From: Protoeuglena noctilucae | Lineage: Eukaryota | Direction: 5' to 3' | NCBI GenBank assembly: GCA_958009085.1 | Contig: OY253679.1 | Span: forward strand, 682,001 to 746,000 | DNA: 64,000 nt | Notes under the pieces: generated by a model | Seen by the model: the letters and a program-made list of their open reading frames with translations, nothing else | Told to the model about the DNA's origin: nothing | Databases searched by the model: none | Part shown: positions 50,890 through 61,406 of the stretch, in pieces | Position numbering within the stretch: position 1 is the stretch's first letter | Layout of the letters: the number at the start of each line of letters is the position of its first letter | Program-made: the position numbers and the translations under genes

Positions 50890-52455
50890 CTACTTGTGGC
50901 TCAGCATGGCCCTCTGTTCCTCCTGCTCCCTCATCAAGTCCTCGCTCATGTACTTGCTCAGCAGCTCGTTCTTCTTCTTCTCCAGCACCCGTGCCTCAAT
51001 GTCCTTGTCTTCTGGCAGCGGCACGTAAGCCACGAACCCGTCCGGCTGGTCCCCGCCCACACGCACCTCCTCCCCCTGCACCGCTTTCCTGCGCCGCGCG
51101 ACACGGGACGGTGATGATTAGTGGTTGAAACGTGAAGTGAAATGCACGTCCCTTGCTATGGATGCACGCCTGACACACCCACACCCACACACCCACACCC
51201 ACACACCCACACGCACCGCGCATCCACTGCCACCCACCTGGCCGCCTCCCTCTGTGCCTCCTTCTCCTGCCACTCCCTCTCGAGCGCCGCCCTCATCCGC
51301 TTCTCCGCTGGGCCTTCCAGCTTCACCAGCACCCCATCATCGTCATCCCGCAGACCAAAGTAGTCGCTGTCCACGCCACGGTTCAACTCCGCGCGGTTCT
51401 TCCGCAACTTCATCGTCTGCGAGTCGAAAGACACAGTTATAACCATTCAGCGTTCGGTGCACTGTGCGGCGAGGCACGCACCGACGCCGGACAGAGGGCC
51501 ATGCCCACCGACGTTGCATCCCAGCTGCTGCACCGCTGCCACCCGACACTCGATCACACTCACCCACTCAATATCTAACAACACCCTCGTCACGCTGTAG
51601 TCACCTTGGGCTTCTCGAACAGCTCCTTCACACCAGGCAAGTTCTTGGCCGCCCCAAAGTAACGGTACCCCTGCCCCCGTCCCGTCGCGGACGTGATCTC
51701 GTTGCCGTCCGCATCCGTAATCTTCGTGCCCACCTTGCTGCAGTCGCAGCGGACGCATCAGCGATTGCAGCTGATGCAATGCAGGATGACAGCATGGGGC
51801 GCGCTTAGGTGGTCAGCCCGGCCGCAACAGGGCTTTCATTCCCCTCGCGTGCGCGCTCACCTGTAATCCGGGCCCCCGAGTTCCACGATCCGCCGCTCCC
51901 AGTGCCCCTTCTCCCGGAGCAGCTTGTTAATCTCGTCGTTCAGGTCCCGTAGCTTGTGCTCCCCCAACGCCGCGTTCTGGATCTCCATCACCTTCCGACT
52001 GATTTCCCGCAGGATCTGTTGCCTCCATTTGTCCGCCTCGTACACGTCGCTGACCTCTGCGGCGCGGCGAGCGTCGGAACGGGGCGCGTGAAGCGGGGCG
52101 GCACGCAACAACCTCCAGACACGCGGCCCCGCGTGGCCACTGCCCGGCTTGGCAGTGCAGGTCGATAAGTAACATCGCATCCAAGCCGTGATGCTCATCT
52201 GCAGCCGCGGCGCGGCGCGAAAGGCGGCAGGAAAGGCGCGACCAGCACCTGATGCCAAGTAGGGCCGCTTCTGGATGTTCCCCTCGATCCCCAGCTTCTC
52301 CTTCATGCCCTGCAGATACCTGCGTGGGTAAGACAAACGCACACGCGCTCACATCCCGTCACGCAGCGCGGGCGTCACAGGCCGTGCCAGCGGCGGGCGT
52401 GCGCGCTGGCCGACCTGTTGAGCATGGTCTGAGCCTTCTCCTGGTTCCGCGCCAT
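50890..52455 (-). CDS. ISY1: Pre-mRNA splicing factor ISY1
   Basis: MARNQEKAQTMLNR, KRPYLAS, ADKWRQQILREI, LRDLNDEINKLLREKGHWERRIVELGGPDY, YRYFGAAKNLPGVKELFE, FVAYVPLP. Confidence 0.97.
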
Positions 52456-52777
52456 GGTCCTCCACTCTCACAAACCCGCCCCGACAGGGGCTACGAAAGG
52501 GCGTGTGCCCTACGCCTCCCGGTGCGGCGTTCACTGCCGAAAAGAAAGCAGGCTCGATAAATGGGACCAGCGAAGGGTTGCGTCTCGCGCGCTTGTTTGG
52601 CATGCAACTCTCAAACTACTCTGGAGCTGCACACACCGGACGGGGCGCAGATGCCGACCAGCGAGAGCCGCGTCAGTTGCGCCAGACCGACGGGCGGGTC
52701 AGGGTGCAGAATTGGCTCGGGATTGGACCGCGGTGCGCGAGATACGCACACGGCAGGCATTCCCGCGGCGTCCCGGC

Positions 52778-53923
52778 ATGCCTCTCCCGCTGCGCTCCGC
52801 CACACCACCCGCCGGGCCCTCCACGTCCGGGCGCGATGCGTGCACCGCGCGATCCCCCCCCGCACTCGTCGCTGGGCCCCGCCCGCGAGTTCTAGCTCTT
52901 CCTGCTCGCAATGCTCCTGCGCTCCGATCCGCAATCGCCCCGAGCCCGGCTCGACGCGGCTGCGTGGTCCATTCAGGGCCCGCCGCGCAAGTGATATCCA
53001 CGGCGCTACTCGCGGGGCCATCCGGCTGGCTGCTTGCTCTCGCAGCTTCGGTGTTTGCGGGGGCCGTCGCGTTCGCGGTCGTCCTGGCCGTGCCCGTCGT
53101 GGCGGTGAGTGCGTCCCACAGAAATCGCTTGCGACGTTTGCTATCCGAATTCGGCCTCCTCGACCATGCAGCCCGCGTCCAAGCGCTCCCCTGGCTGCCG
53201 CAGGAGGTGGTCTTGGCCCTGCGGGAGGTACGGGCCCTGGTGCGCGACCTGCGCAAGGAGCTCCCCGAGACAGCGGCGGTGAGTTTGTCCCTCGCGCGCC
53301 GATCGCTGCGTTTTTCTTCCATCCGCCGCCGGTTCTGACTAAGTCTGTTGCGCCTGCAGGTGCTGCGCCTGACGTCGCTCGAGGCCGCGGACTGCATCGA
53401 GGAGTACGCGGGGCTGGGCATGGACCTGACCGCGGGCCTCCGCAGCAGCGCGCGGCTGGTGTCGTCCGCGGAGCAGGGCATCCGCACGGCCCCGGCGCAG
53501 GTGGCGGGCGCCGTGCGCAAGTCGGTGGTGCCCGGCCTGCGGCAGGTCCTCGAGACACGGCTCAAGGCCTCGGCTGAGCTCCGCAACACGCGGGACTTAC
53601 TGCGGTGAGCATGTGTTGCCGTGTTGGAAGCCCGTGCGGCTAGCTGCTTCCGGGGCGTACTGTGGCTGCCACAGCGGGGCTCGTGCCTGGCCGTGTCTGA
53701 CGGGGCACGCTGGCGCGTCTCGTGCAGGAAGGCCAAGGCGACGGCCGAGGTCACGCGGGCCACGCTGGCGGGGGCGGAGACGGCGCGGCGAGTGGCGCCG
53801 TATGTCCAGGGGATGCAGGGGACGGTGTCTCAGGTTCGAGAGGCGCTGGGGAGGAACGTGGGAGGCCGGCGCAACGGGGCGGGGGTGGACATGGGCGTGG
53901 AGGCGGATGCTGCGGGTGCCTGA
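52778..53923 (+). CDS. Plastid-type membrane protein (DUF948-like cyanobacterial/plant family)
   Basis: Transit-like N-terminus, one TM, KELPETAA|VLRLTSLEAADCIEE...GLRSSARLV. Confidence 0.6.
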
Positions 53924-54460
53924 CGCTGTGATGGGGAAGGTTGCTGCCGCGTTAGAGTGACGTCCTGGCGCCGCTAGGCTTCTAGGGTGTGCTGAGAAGC
54001 AGCGAGCGAGCACGCTGCGTCAAGAACCTGCAACGGCGCCAATAGCATCGCTGCGGCTAGCCCCTGCTGGCATCCCTCTGTTCGTTTTATCCCTGTGTTT
54101 GTTCTTCTTGTGCTGTTTCTGCATTGAAAGCTTCGCCTCAGCGGCAGTCGTCGTGGCCAGCCTGGCCAGGGCCGCTTCGCCCCGCGCCTTGTCGCGTCTC
54201 TCGTGTTGGTCGTGCTCAGCTGCCTCCGCGGCCTCCTCCTCGTGCTCGACGGCCTCCGCGGCCTTCTGATAGGGAAACTCTCTCCAGGCCGCCTGTAGGC
54301 AGGGCTGCCCGGTAAGCCCTACTGGCTCGTGTCCATCAATTACCCCCCATCGCGTCCTGCGGCACGCGGCCCCCGTCACCTGCGGCGCTGAAAAATCCCC
54401 GCCACGGTTGCGGGTGTTCAGCACGACCTTCAACTCCGCCCAGTCGAGCTCGACCGTCTA

Positions 54461-54654
54461 GGATCCGCAGGAAGTACGTGTCGGCCTTGGCGCCGAGCCG
54501 ATCACCCGCGAGGCGCCGCAGGTCTCCGAGGGCTGCGTCGTCCAGGAGACGGACGACGGCGCGTGGGAGGCGCGGGGGGCAACCCCAGGAGACCTGCGGC
54601 GCCACACGGGTGATCGGCTCGGCGCCAAGGCCGCCATATACTTCCTGCGCATCC
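54461..54654. repeat. Fold-back inverted repeat of a coding fragment
   Basis: GCAGGAAGTA...CGGCCTTGGCGCCGAGCCGATCACCCG...GCCGCAGGTCTCC pairs with GGAGACCTGCGGC...CGGGTGATCGGCTCGGCGCCAAGGCCG...TACTTCCTGC. Confidence 0.88.
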
Positions 54655-54858
54655 CAGAGCTGCTGACCGGCACATTGCAACGAGAACTCGGGGCATCCGA
54701 TCTCCAGGCGGGGGGGACTACCGCTGTCACGTGCAGGGAGGGCGCGCAAGCGCCCGCCACCGACGCGCACCCACCGGGGGAGGAGATCCAGGGAAGCCAC
54801 CGCCCTGGACCCCCCGCCCCCCACCGCCACAGCGCTGACGACGCCACCGCCGGCGACA

Positions 54859-55537
54859 TTCCACGAATTCGAAAAAACGGCAAGAACCGCGCGCGGGTAT
54901 GTGCTTGGTGATCGCCACCCCGCACTTCCCCGCCGCGCCCTCCACCCTCGCCAGCGCGGCCCGGGACGCCGCCCCCTGGCGCGTCTGCGCCTCCTGGGCT
55001 CCGCGTATGATTGCGGACACGTCATCTGACGCTATGGAGACGTCAAACCCCCCCGCGAGGCAGAGCAACCGGTGCTCGACGAAGCGCCCGGTCAGCTGCA
55101 CCTCGTCAGGCGAACCGCCCTCCGCCTCCGTCACGACACGCTCCTCCCCTGGCGGGACGCTCCCCGTTAGAACTCTTGGCAGCCGTCGATCCCCAATGCG
55201 CCGATATTCGGCACTAGGGACCCCAAGAACTCTAACGGGGAGCCTCTCCCGCCTGGGGAGGAGCATGTCGTGGCGAAGGCGGAGGAACGTTGCCCCGACG
55301 AGGTGGAGCTCACCGGGTGCTTCGTGGTCACCGGTCACATCGCGGAGGGGTCCGACGTCTCCATGACGTCGGACGACGTGTCCGCCACTATACGCGAAGC
55401 CCAGGAGGCGCAGACGCGCCAGGGGTGTCGTCCCGGGCCGCGATGGCGAGGGTGGAGGCCGCAGTGGGGCCGTGCAAGGTGGCGATCACCAAGCACATGG
55501 TGAACGCGGCTCTCGCCGTCTTGTCGGGTTCGTGGAA
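54859..55537. repeat. Long fold-back inverted repeat (~330-bp arms)
   Basis: Continuous imperfect complementarity from TTCCACGAA (54859) to TTCGTGGAA (55537); apex GCCGA-TAT-TCGGC at 55200-55212. Confidence 0.9.
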
Positions 55538-55840
55538 CCCTGACTGGGAGCCTCTCCCGCCAGAGGAGGAGCGTTTCTACGTGACGGCGGGAACGGACGA
55601 ACGAACACGCGCTCGTGTGACGCTTGTGGTCGAAGCGACGGGTCCGGGGCCTGCCAGGATGACGAATGACCTCAGGCACGAGGCGACGAGATGGCCCGGA
55701 CGCAACCAGCCTGCGTGCCAGCCTGCCGTGTGCCAGTCATTGTGCCGCGAGGGGAGGGGCCTCCACGCAACCCATCGCCGCCGGCGCACAGCAGGCAGTG
55801 CACGGTAACTCCGTGCCCATGCTACGGCCGTCTATTGTCG

Positions 55841-56220
55841 ATGCCGATGTCGCGGCGGGTGTCGCCGGAGATGCGCGACGAGGTGGACGAGACTTGGGGC
55901 ATCCTGGCCACGGCGTCTGGGCAGCCGCAACGACGCGACGGAGCTCGCCTCCGGTCCGCTGGTTGTGTATGCGTGTGAGGGGTCCCATGCGCACCACCTG
56001 GCGAGCCTGGGGCTGTGGTGGCTGGCGGTGCTGGTGGCGCGTGGGCCGGGCATCCACGCCATGTCGTGGGCCAAGGTGCACTGCACAAACCAGTCGCCGT
56101 TGATGCTGGCGGTGCGGGCGAACAGGTCATTAGGGCGTGCAAAGAACGGCAAGGTGACGTGGGGGTACACGCGAGGGGATGAGGAGGTGGCGCGGATGGT
56201 GCGGGTGGCGGTGGGGCCCC
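55841..56220 (+). pseudogene. Truncated, frameshifted paralog of the N-terminus of the 10420-11760 ankyrin gene
   Basis: EMRDEVDE, GSHAHHLASLGLWWLAVLV, QSPLMLAVRA and GDEEVARMVR are shared. It has an internal deletion/frameshift and no ankyrin repeats follow. Confidence 0.8.
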
Positions 56221-56457
56221 AGGCTGGGGGCGGTGGGTTAGGGTTGCGTTTCTCGTCTCTCTTGCTTTCTCTTGGGAAAATGAGCGCTTGCTTTTTCGGC
56301 GCGCTACTTGCATGCTACCAATGCATATTCGCGTGCTGTCCGGGTCGACCGTCAGGTCTGCCCGAGTTCGTGAGATCAAGTCAGCTTGCGTCACGTGTTG
56401 AACCATGCTTGGTGAGCTCTGCTACACCACTGGCCCAATCACACCCACCCAATCGTG

Positions 56458-57357
56458 TCACCCGGCAGCTATCGCTGCTGGCGCGTAGTACAGGTACTTC
56501 CCCGACTCGTCCGTGCGTGGCGCGAACCCCTGCATATCCACTCGACCCGCGTATAGACCCGGCCAGTGCACGACCATCGTGTGCACCTCCCCACGCTCCC
56601 CGCACAGGTCAGCGCCGGGCACAGATGCCAGGACTCCCACCGCGGCGTCGTCGAACGGGCGACCCACCAGCGCCTCGCTCGCCTGCAAAGCAGCAATGCG
56701 CAGGGCATTGTAACGGATGACACGACACCGTAGCCCAGTAGCACACGCCGCTCGCTCCGCTGGATACCAGACCCCGCTCTCACCTCTTTGCCCAGCGCGG
56801 CGATGCTGGCGCACGTGACGATGCTCTCGGCGCGCGCCTCGCGCAGCTGGGACAGCAGCGCTCCCCTCGGCACGCCCCACAACGGGCGCACCAGCTCCAC
56901 GCCCGTGCCCTCGCAGGCCCGCTCCATGAACCGATCGCAGACGTCGAGAATGTCGCCCGTCACGAGCGCCTCGACGCCGTCTTGTTGCCGGAATCGAAGG
57001 ATGGCGTCGCGATAAGACCCCAGGAAGCCCCCAGGGCCGTCTGCGACCTCCACGCACCTGCGGACGCGTGGTCGATGGCCTGTCTGCCCCGCCCGGCGGC
57101 TGCGTGCACCCAACTGGTACCCGCATCGCCTATGCAAGCGGGCCTGGCCTGTGAGGGAGGCCCAGCGATGCCGCTTGGGCGCGCATCACGGACAGCAGGT
57201 GCGCGAGGAAGCGTTGGCCTCCGCCGGCGGGCACGAACGTGACTAACCCTGCGATGTCCCACTCCTCTTGTGCCTTTGCCAGGGCCAAATGGCAGTCCTT
57301 GCCTCCGGTGAAGGAAACGAAGGCCTTGCCGCGCTTGGGGCAAGTCCCCTGCGCCAT
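56458..57357 (-). CDS. Diphthine-ammonia ligase-like PP-loop ATPase (DPH6/MJ0570 family)
   Basis: VSFTGGKDC, ALVTGDI, LVRPLW, DLCGERGEVHTMV; two introns. Confidence 0.88.
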
Positions 57358-57630
57358 CTCGCTCGCCTTGCTCGCGATGGCCACGGCCGATGGACAGTGA
57401 TGGGGCATACGCGTGCTTTGCGTGCGCAATGCCTCTCCGCAGGCACGCATCGGCACCACACGGGGGCGAGACTGGCGGGCGCAGGAACCCCGTCATCCGT
57501 TTTGAAAGCTGGAGCCAGCGATGGACCCGGCAATTTACGCACGTGGACCACCTACGTCTGCGCGTTGAGGAGGAGCACGAATTGTAAAGCGAGCACGATG
57601 GGGATGGAGTAGGGAGCATCGCCGGCCAAC

Positions 57631-60600
57631 ATGTTGCGGAGGGGAAGGGGCCTGGCCAGCGCCGCCCTGGCGCAGTGTAGATTAGCTGCAGGCGATGGCG
57701 CCTCGCGGGCGGCGGCGGGGATCCGCTCGCCCTTTGGCGCCGGGCTTGTGCCCGCCGAGCTTCCGAGGACCCCTCCGCGGTGGCCGTCGCGCTGGGAGGG
57801 ACGTGCTCCCCTCTCGCAGCGGGCTTCCTTTTCGTCCAAGTCGTTAGTGAGCGTGAATCCGGAGAAAGCGTCCTCCTCGTCCGCGGGTTCCGGTGCGAAC
57901 GCTGTGGCTAAAGCATCAAGCCCCTCTCGCCGCGCGGGCGGGCCTCCCTTGCGCGCTTCGACCCGATATACATGTACTTTGCTTCTGTCAGTGCCCAACT
58001 GCGGGCGTACCACGATCCCCCGACGCCCGCCCTCGGCGCAGATGGCCCGGACCGCAGCGCGCCGCCGCGCCCGGACAGCAAGCCGCGCTTCCAGCCCAAC
58101 TGGCAGCAGGCGTACCGCGCGCTCATCGCGGCCTCGATCACCTTCTTCTTCGCCAGCATTTTCTTAAAGAAGGAGGTCGACGTGAACCACCAAGAAGACA
58201 CGGTGAGGCGTTGGCATCGGCAAAGCGCCCATACCGAATACGGAACGCTTGCTTGGTTCCCGCCAGCATGCTCATTTCACTCGCAATCCATGCCATCTAC
58301 ACCCACAGCACAGCACAGCACAGCACAGCACAGTTACACTGCCCCACTCCCTCCTCCCTCTGCCCCACTCCCTCTGCCCCACTACCCACAGCCCCACTCC
58401 CCCACTTCCCACTGGTCCCATTCGCAGACGCTGGTCAACTGGTCCGGCACCCACAGCGTGCGCGTGCGCAGCGTGGATGAGCCAGAGACCCACGAGGACC
58501 TGGAGAGGCGGGTGCAGCGGGCGCATGAGAGGGGGTGCAAGATACGGCCGTCGGGGTCGCACCTGTCGCCCAACGGGCTGTCGTTCCAGGTAATCTAAGG
58601 GGTGCTTAGTGGTGCGCCAACTAGATGCCACACGTAGATGCGGTGGATGAGTGCAGTGCGTAAATGGGGTGGTGCATGGGTGGCATAAGCCCTCTCTCTA
58701 CACACATACCCCCTCTCTCTCTGCACCTCACCCCTTTCTATCATCACCCACTCTCTCAGGAAAAAGGCATGGTCTCCCTGGGCCTCATGGACCGCGTGCT
58801 CCACGTCGACCCGGAGCGCCGCCAAGTGACGGTGCAGGCGGGGGCGAGGGTGCAGGAGCTCGCGGACGCCCTGCGGCCCCACGGGCTGACGCTTCAGAAC
58901 TTCGCGTCGATCCGGGAGCAGCAGGTCGGGGGGTTCACCCAGGTGTCGGCGCACGGCACGGGGGCGGGTATACCCCCCGTGGACTGCCAGGTGGTGTCGA
59001 TGCGGCTGGTGACGCCCGCGGAGGGCACCGTGACGCTGAAACCGAGCGACGGGGACCGGTTCTACCTCGCCCGCGTGGGGCTGGGGGCGCTGGGGGTGGT
59101 GAGCGAGGTGACGCTGCAGTGTGTGCCTGCGCACCGTCTGCTGGAGAGGACCTTCGTGGCGACGCGGGCGGACGTGCGCAAGAACCACAAGCAGTGGCTG
59201 CGGGAGAACAGGCACCTGAGGTACATGTGGATTCCCTACACCGACGCAGGCGAGGGGAAGGGGAGGGGCGGTGGTGGTGGGGGTTGTGAAATGATTATGA
59301 TCATATGAGAGGGTTCTTGGGGTCCGACACACCCCACCCACCCCCACTCACTCCCACCACCACCCCACGCACCCCCACTCACCCCACCCACTCACCCACT
59401 CACAACCCCAGTGGTGGTGGTGACATGCAACTCACCCCACTCACCCCCACCCAACTGACCCCACACCCACACCCTTCCCAGTGGTGGTGGTGACGTGCAA
59501 CTCACCCCACTCTCCCAATCACCCCCACTCACTCACACCCCCCTTCCCACCCCCGCAGTGGTGGTGGTGACGTGCAATGAGAGCAGAGACGGCCGCGTGC
59601 CGTCCGAGTCCGGCTGGTTCTCGAAGCCCCCCAAAGTGTACAGCGAGGAAGAGAGGCTGCAACCCCTGAAGGACCTATACGCTCACATGTCCGGTGCCAC
59701 ACCCGTCGACATGGCCGGTTTGTCTGCCACGCAGCTGCGGGACCACTTACTGGGCCTGTCGCCTTTGACCAAGGGATACGTGGCGCAGGTCAACCAGGCT
59801 GAGGCCGAGTACTGGCGGCGCAGCGCGGGGCACAGGGTCGGGTGGAGTGACGAGATACTTGGGTTCGACTGCGGCGGCCAGCAGTGGGTGCACGAGGTGG
59901 CGTTGCCGGCCGGGACGCTGTCGCGGCCGAGCATGCGGGATATTGAGTACGTGGAGGCGCTGCTGGAGCTCATTGAGAAGCACCAGATACCCGCGCCGGC
60001 GCCCATCGAGCAGAGGTGAGGGGGATGGAGGGGGGGTTGGAAAGTCAGGGCGAGAGGGGGCTGGGGTGTAGAGGGTGGTTGGAGGGTGAGAGGGCTGGGG
60101 CGAGAGAGGGTCAGGAGGGCGAGACTCCCCGCTCCGTCATGTCCCCACCACTGCTAACACCCTCAACCCCATCACCTCCCCCTCAATATGTCATCACTCA
60201 TCTCTGCATCAACACCTTCATCCCCATCCCCATCTCCCCAGGTGGACGGCCCGCTCTACATCGGTGATGTCCCCCGCCTTCAGCGACAACGCCGATGACA
60301 TCTTCAGCTGGGTGGGCATCATCATGTACCTGCCCAACGAGGACCCCGTGCAGCGCGGGGCGATCACCAACAAATTCCAGGAGTACGTGCACCTGTGCGA
60401 GAGGCACCTGATGCCCAAGTACCGGGCCTACCCCCACTGGGCCAAGCTTGAGCCACCGGAGGACGACCAGGAGAGGTCGAGGGTGCAGAGGTGAGGGATG
60501 GATGTTATCCATTTATGGGTGGTGCAGAGGTGAGGATGATGGTTGAGTTGTAGATGACCAGGAGAGGTCGAGGGTGCAGAGGTGAGGAGTGGTGGGTGAT

Positions 60601-61036
60601 GAGTGATTATTATCAGCTGATGAGTTAGTGAGTGATGGATGGGTGGTGGATGGGTGAGTGCTAAAGGATGGACAACCAGGAGAGGTCGAGGGTGCAGAGG
60701 TGAGGATTGAATGGGTGATGCGGGTGGTGGGATGGGTGGTGCAGAGGTGAGGGGGCGGGTGAGTGGAGAGGTCTGTGCAGAGACGCATGCATGCACTCAT
60801 GTGTTTCGGTGTGCTAGTGTGGCTCATTTCAACAACTCATATCATCTCAACTCATACTGACAATGGCCCTCCCTGTATGCAGGTACCTCCGCCAGCGTTA
60901 CCCCGTGGACCGTTTCAATGACCTCCGCAAGAGGTGGGACCCCAAGGGCATCCTCAGCAACGACTGGGTGGACGCGGTGTTCGGGGCGGTGGGGAGGCCG
61001 GCGGGGGAGGGGGACGAGGGGGGGAGGGACAAGTAG
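57631..61036 (+). CDS. GLDH: L-galactono-1,4-lactone dehydrogenase, mitochondrial
   Basis: TLVNWSGTH, GSHLSPNGL, LQNFASIREQQVGG, AHGTG, RVGWSDEILGFDCGGQQWV, IPAPAPIEQRW, WVGIIMYLP, HWAKLE. Confidence 0.97.
59403..59579 (+). repeat. Triplicated 3' splice site plus exon start in a GLDH intron
   Basis: CAG-TGGTGGTGGTGAC(A/G)TGCAA at ~59409, 59479 and 59556 (the true acceptor). Confidence 0.9.
60462..60752 (+). repeat. Repeated exon end plus 5' splice site in the last GLDH intron
   Basis: ACCAGGAGAGGTCGAGGGTGCAGAG|GTGAGG at the true donor (60490), again at ~60557 and ~60675; shorter GGTGCAGAGGTGAGG at ~60521 and ~60738. Confidence 0.9.
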
Positions 61037-61406
61037 GGGGGGATTGTGGGGTGGGGTCGGGTGGATGGGTGGTGGGGTGGTGGTAGAGTGGCGGTGGGGT
61101 GGACGAAGAGAGTGGTGCACTGGTGGGGTGGGATGGGGAGAGTGGTGGCACAGCGTTGTGTGGAGAAGACTGTGGTCGGGTGGTGTTGCATGTGCACGGT
61201 TGAAGGGAGTCGTGAACCCCAATGTGGCGGCAAGTCAGTGAGTGCCGTGGCACAGAACTCTCTTTCGGGACGTCTTTCAACTAGCCAGTCTCTTACTCAC
61301 TTCACACAACCCCGTAAACACACCACCGCTACCAGCATGGCTCGGCTCCCCATCACTTTCACTTGACCCCGCAGCACACCAAGTCTTTAACCCCTCTCAC
61401 ACCCCT

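Noticed and set aside
53983..54060. TPP-riboswitch-like words (GCTGAGA...GAACCTG)
   Set aside because: Lacks the CCC...GGG pairing and the GAU..TAAT core, and no thiamine gene is adjacent.
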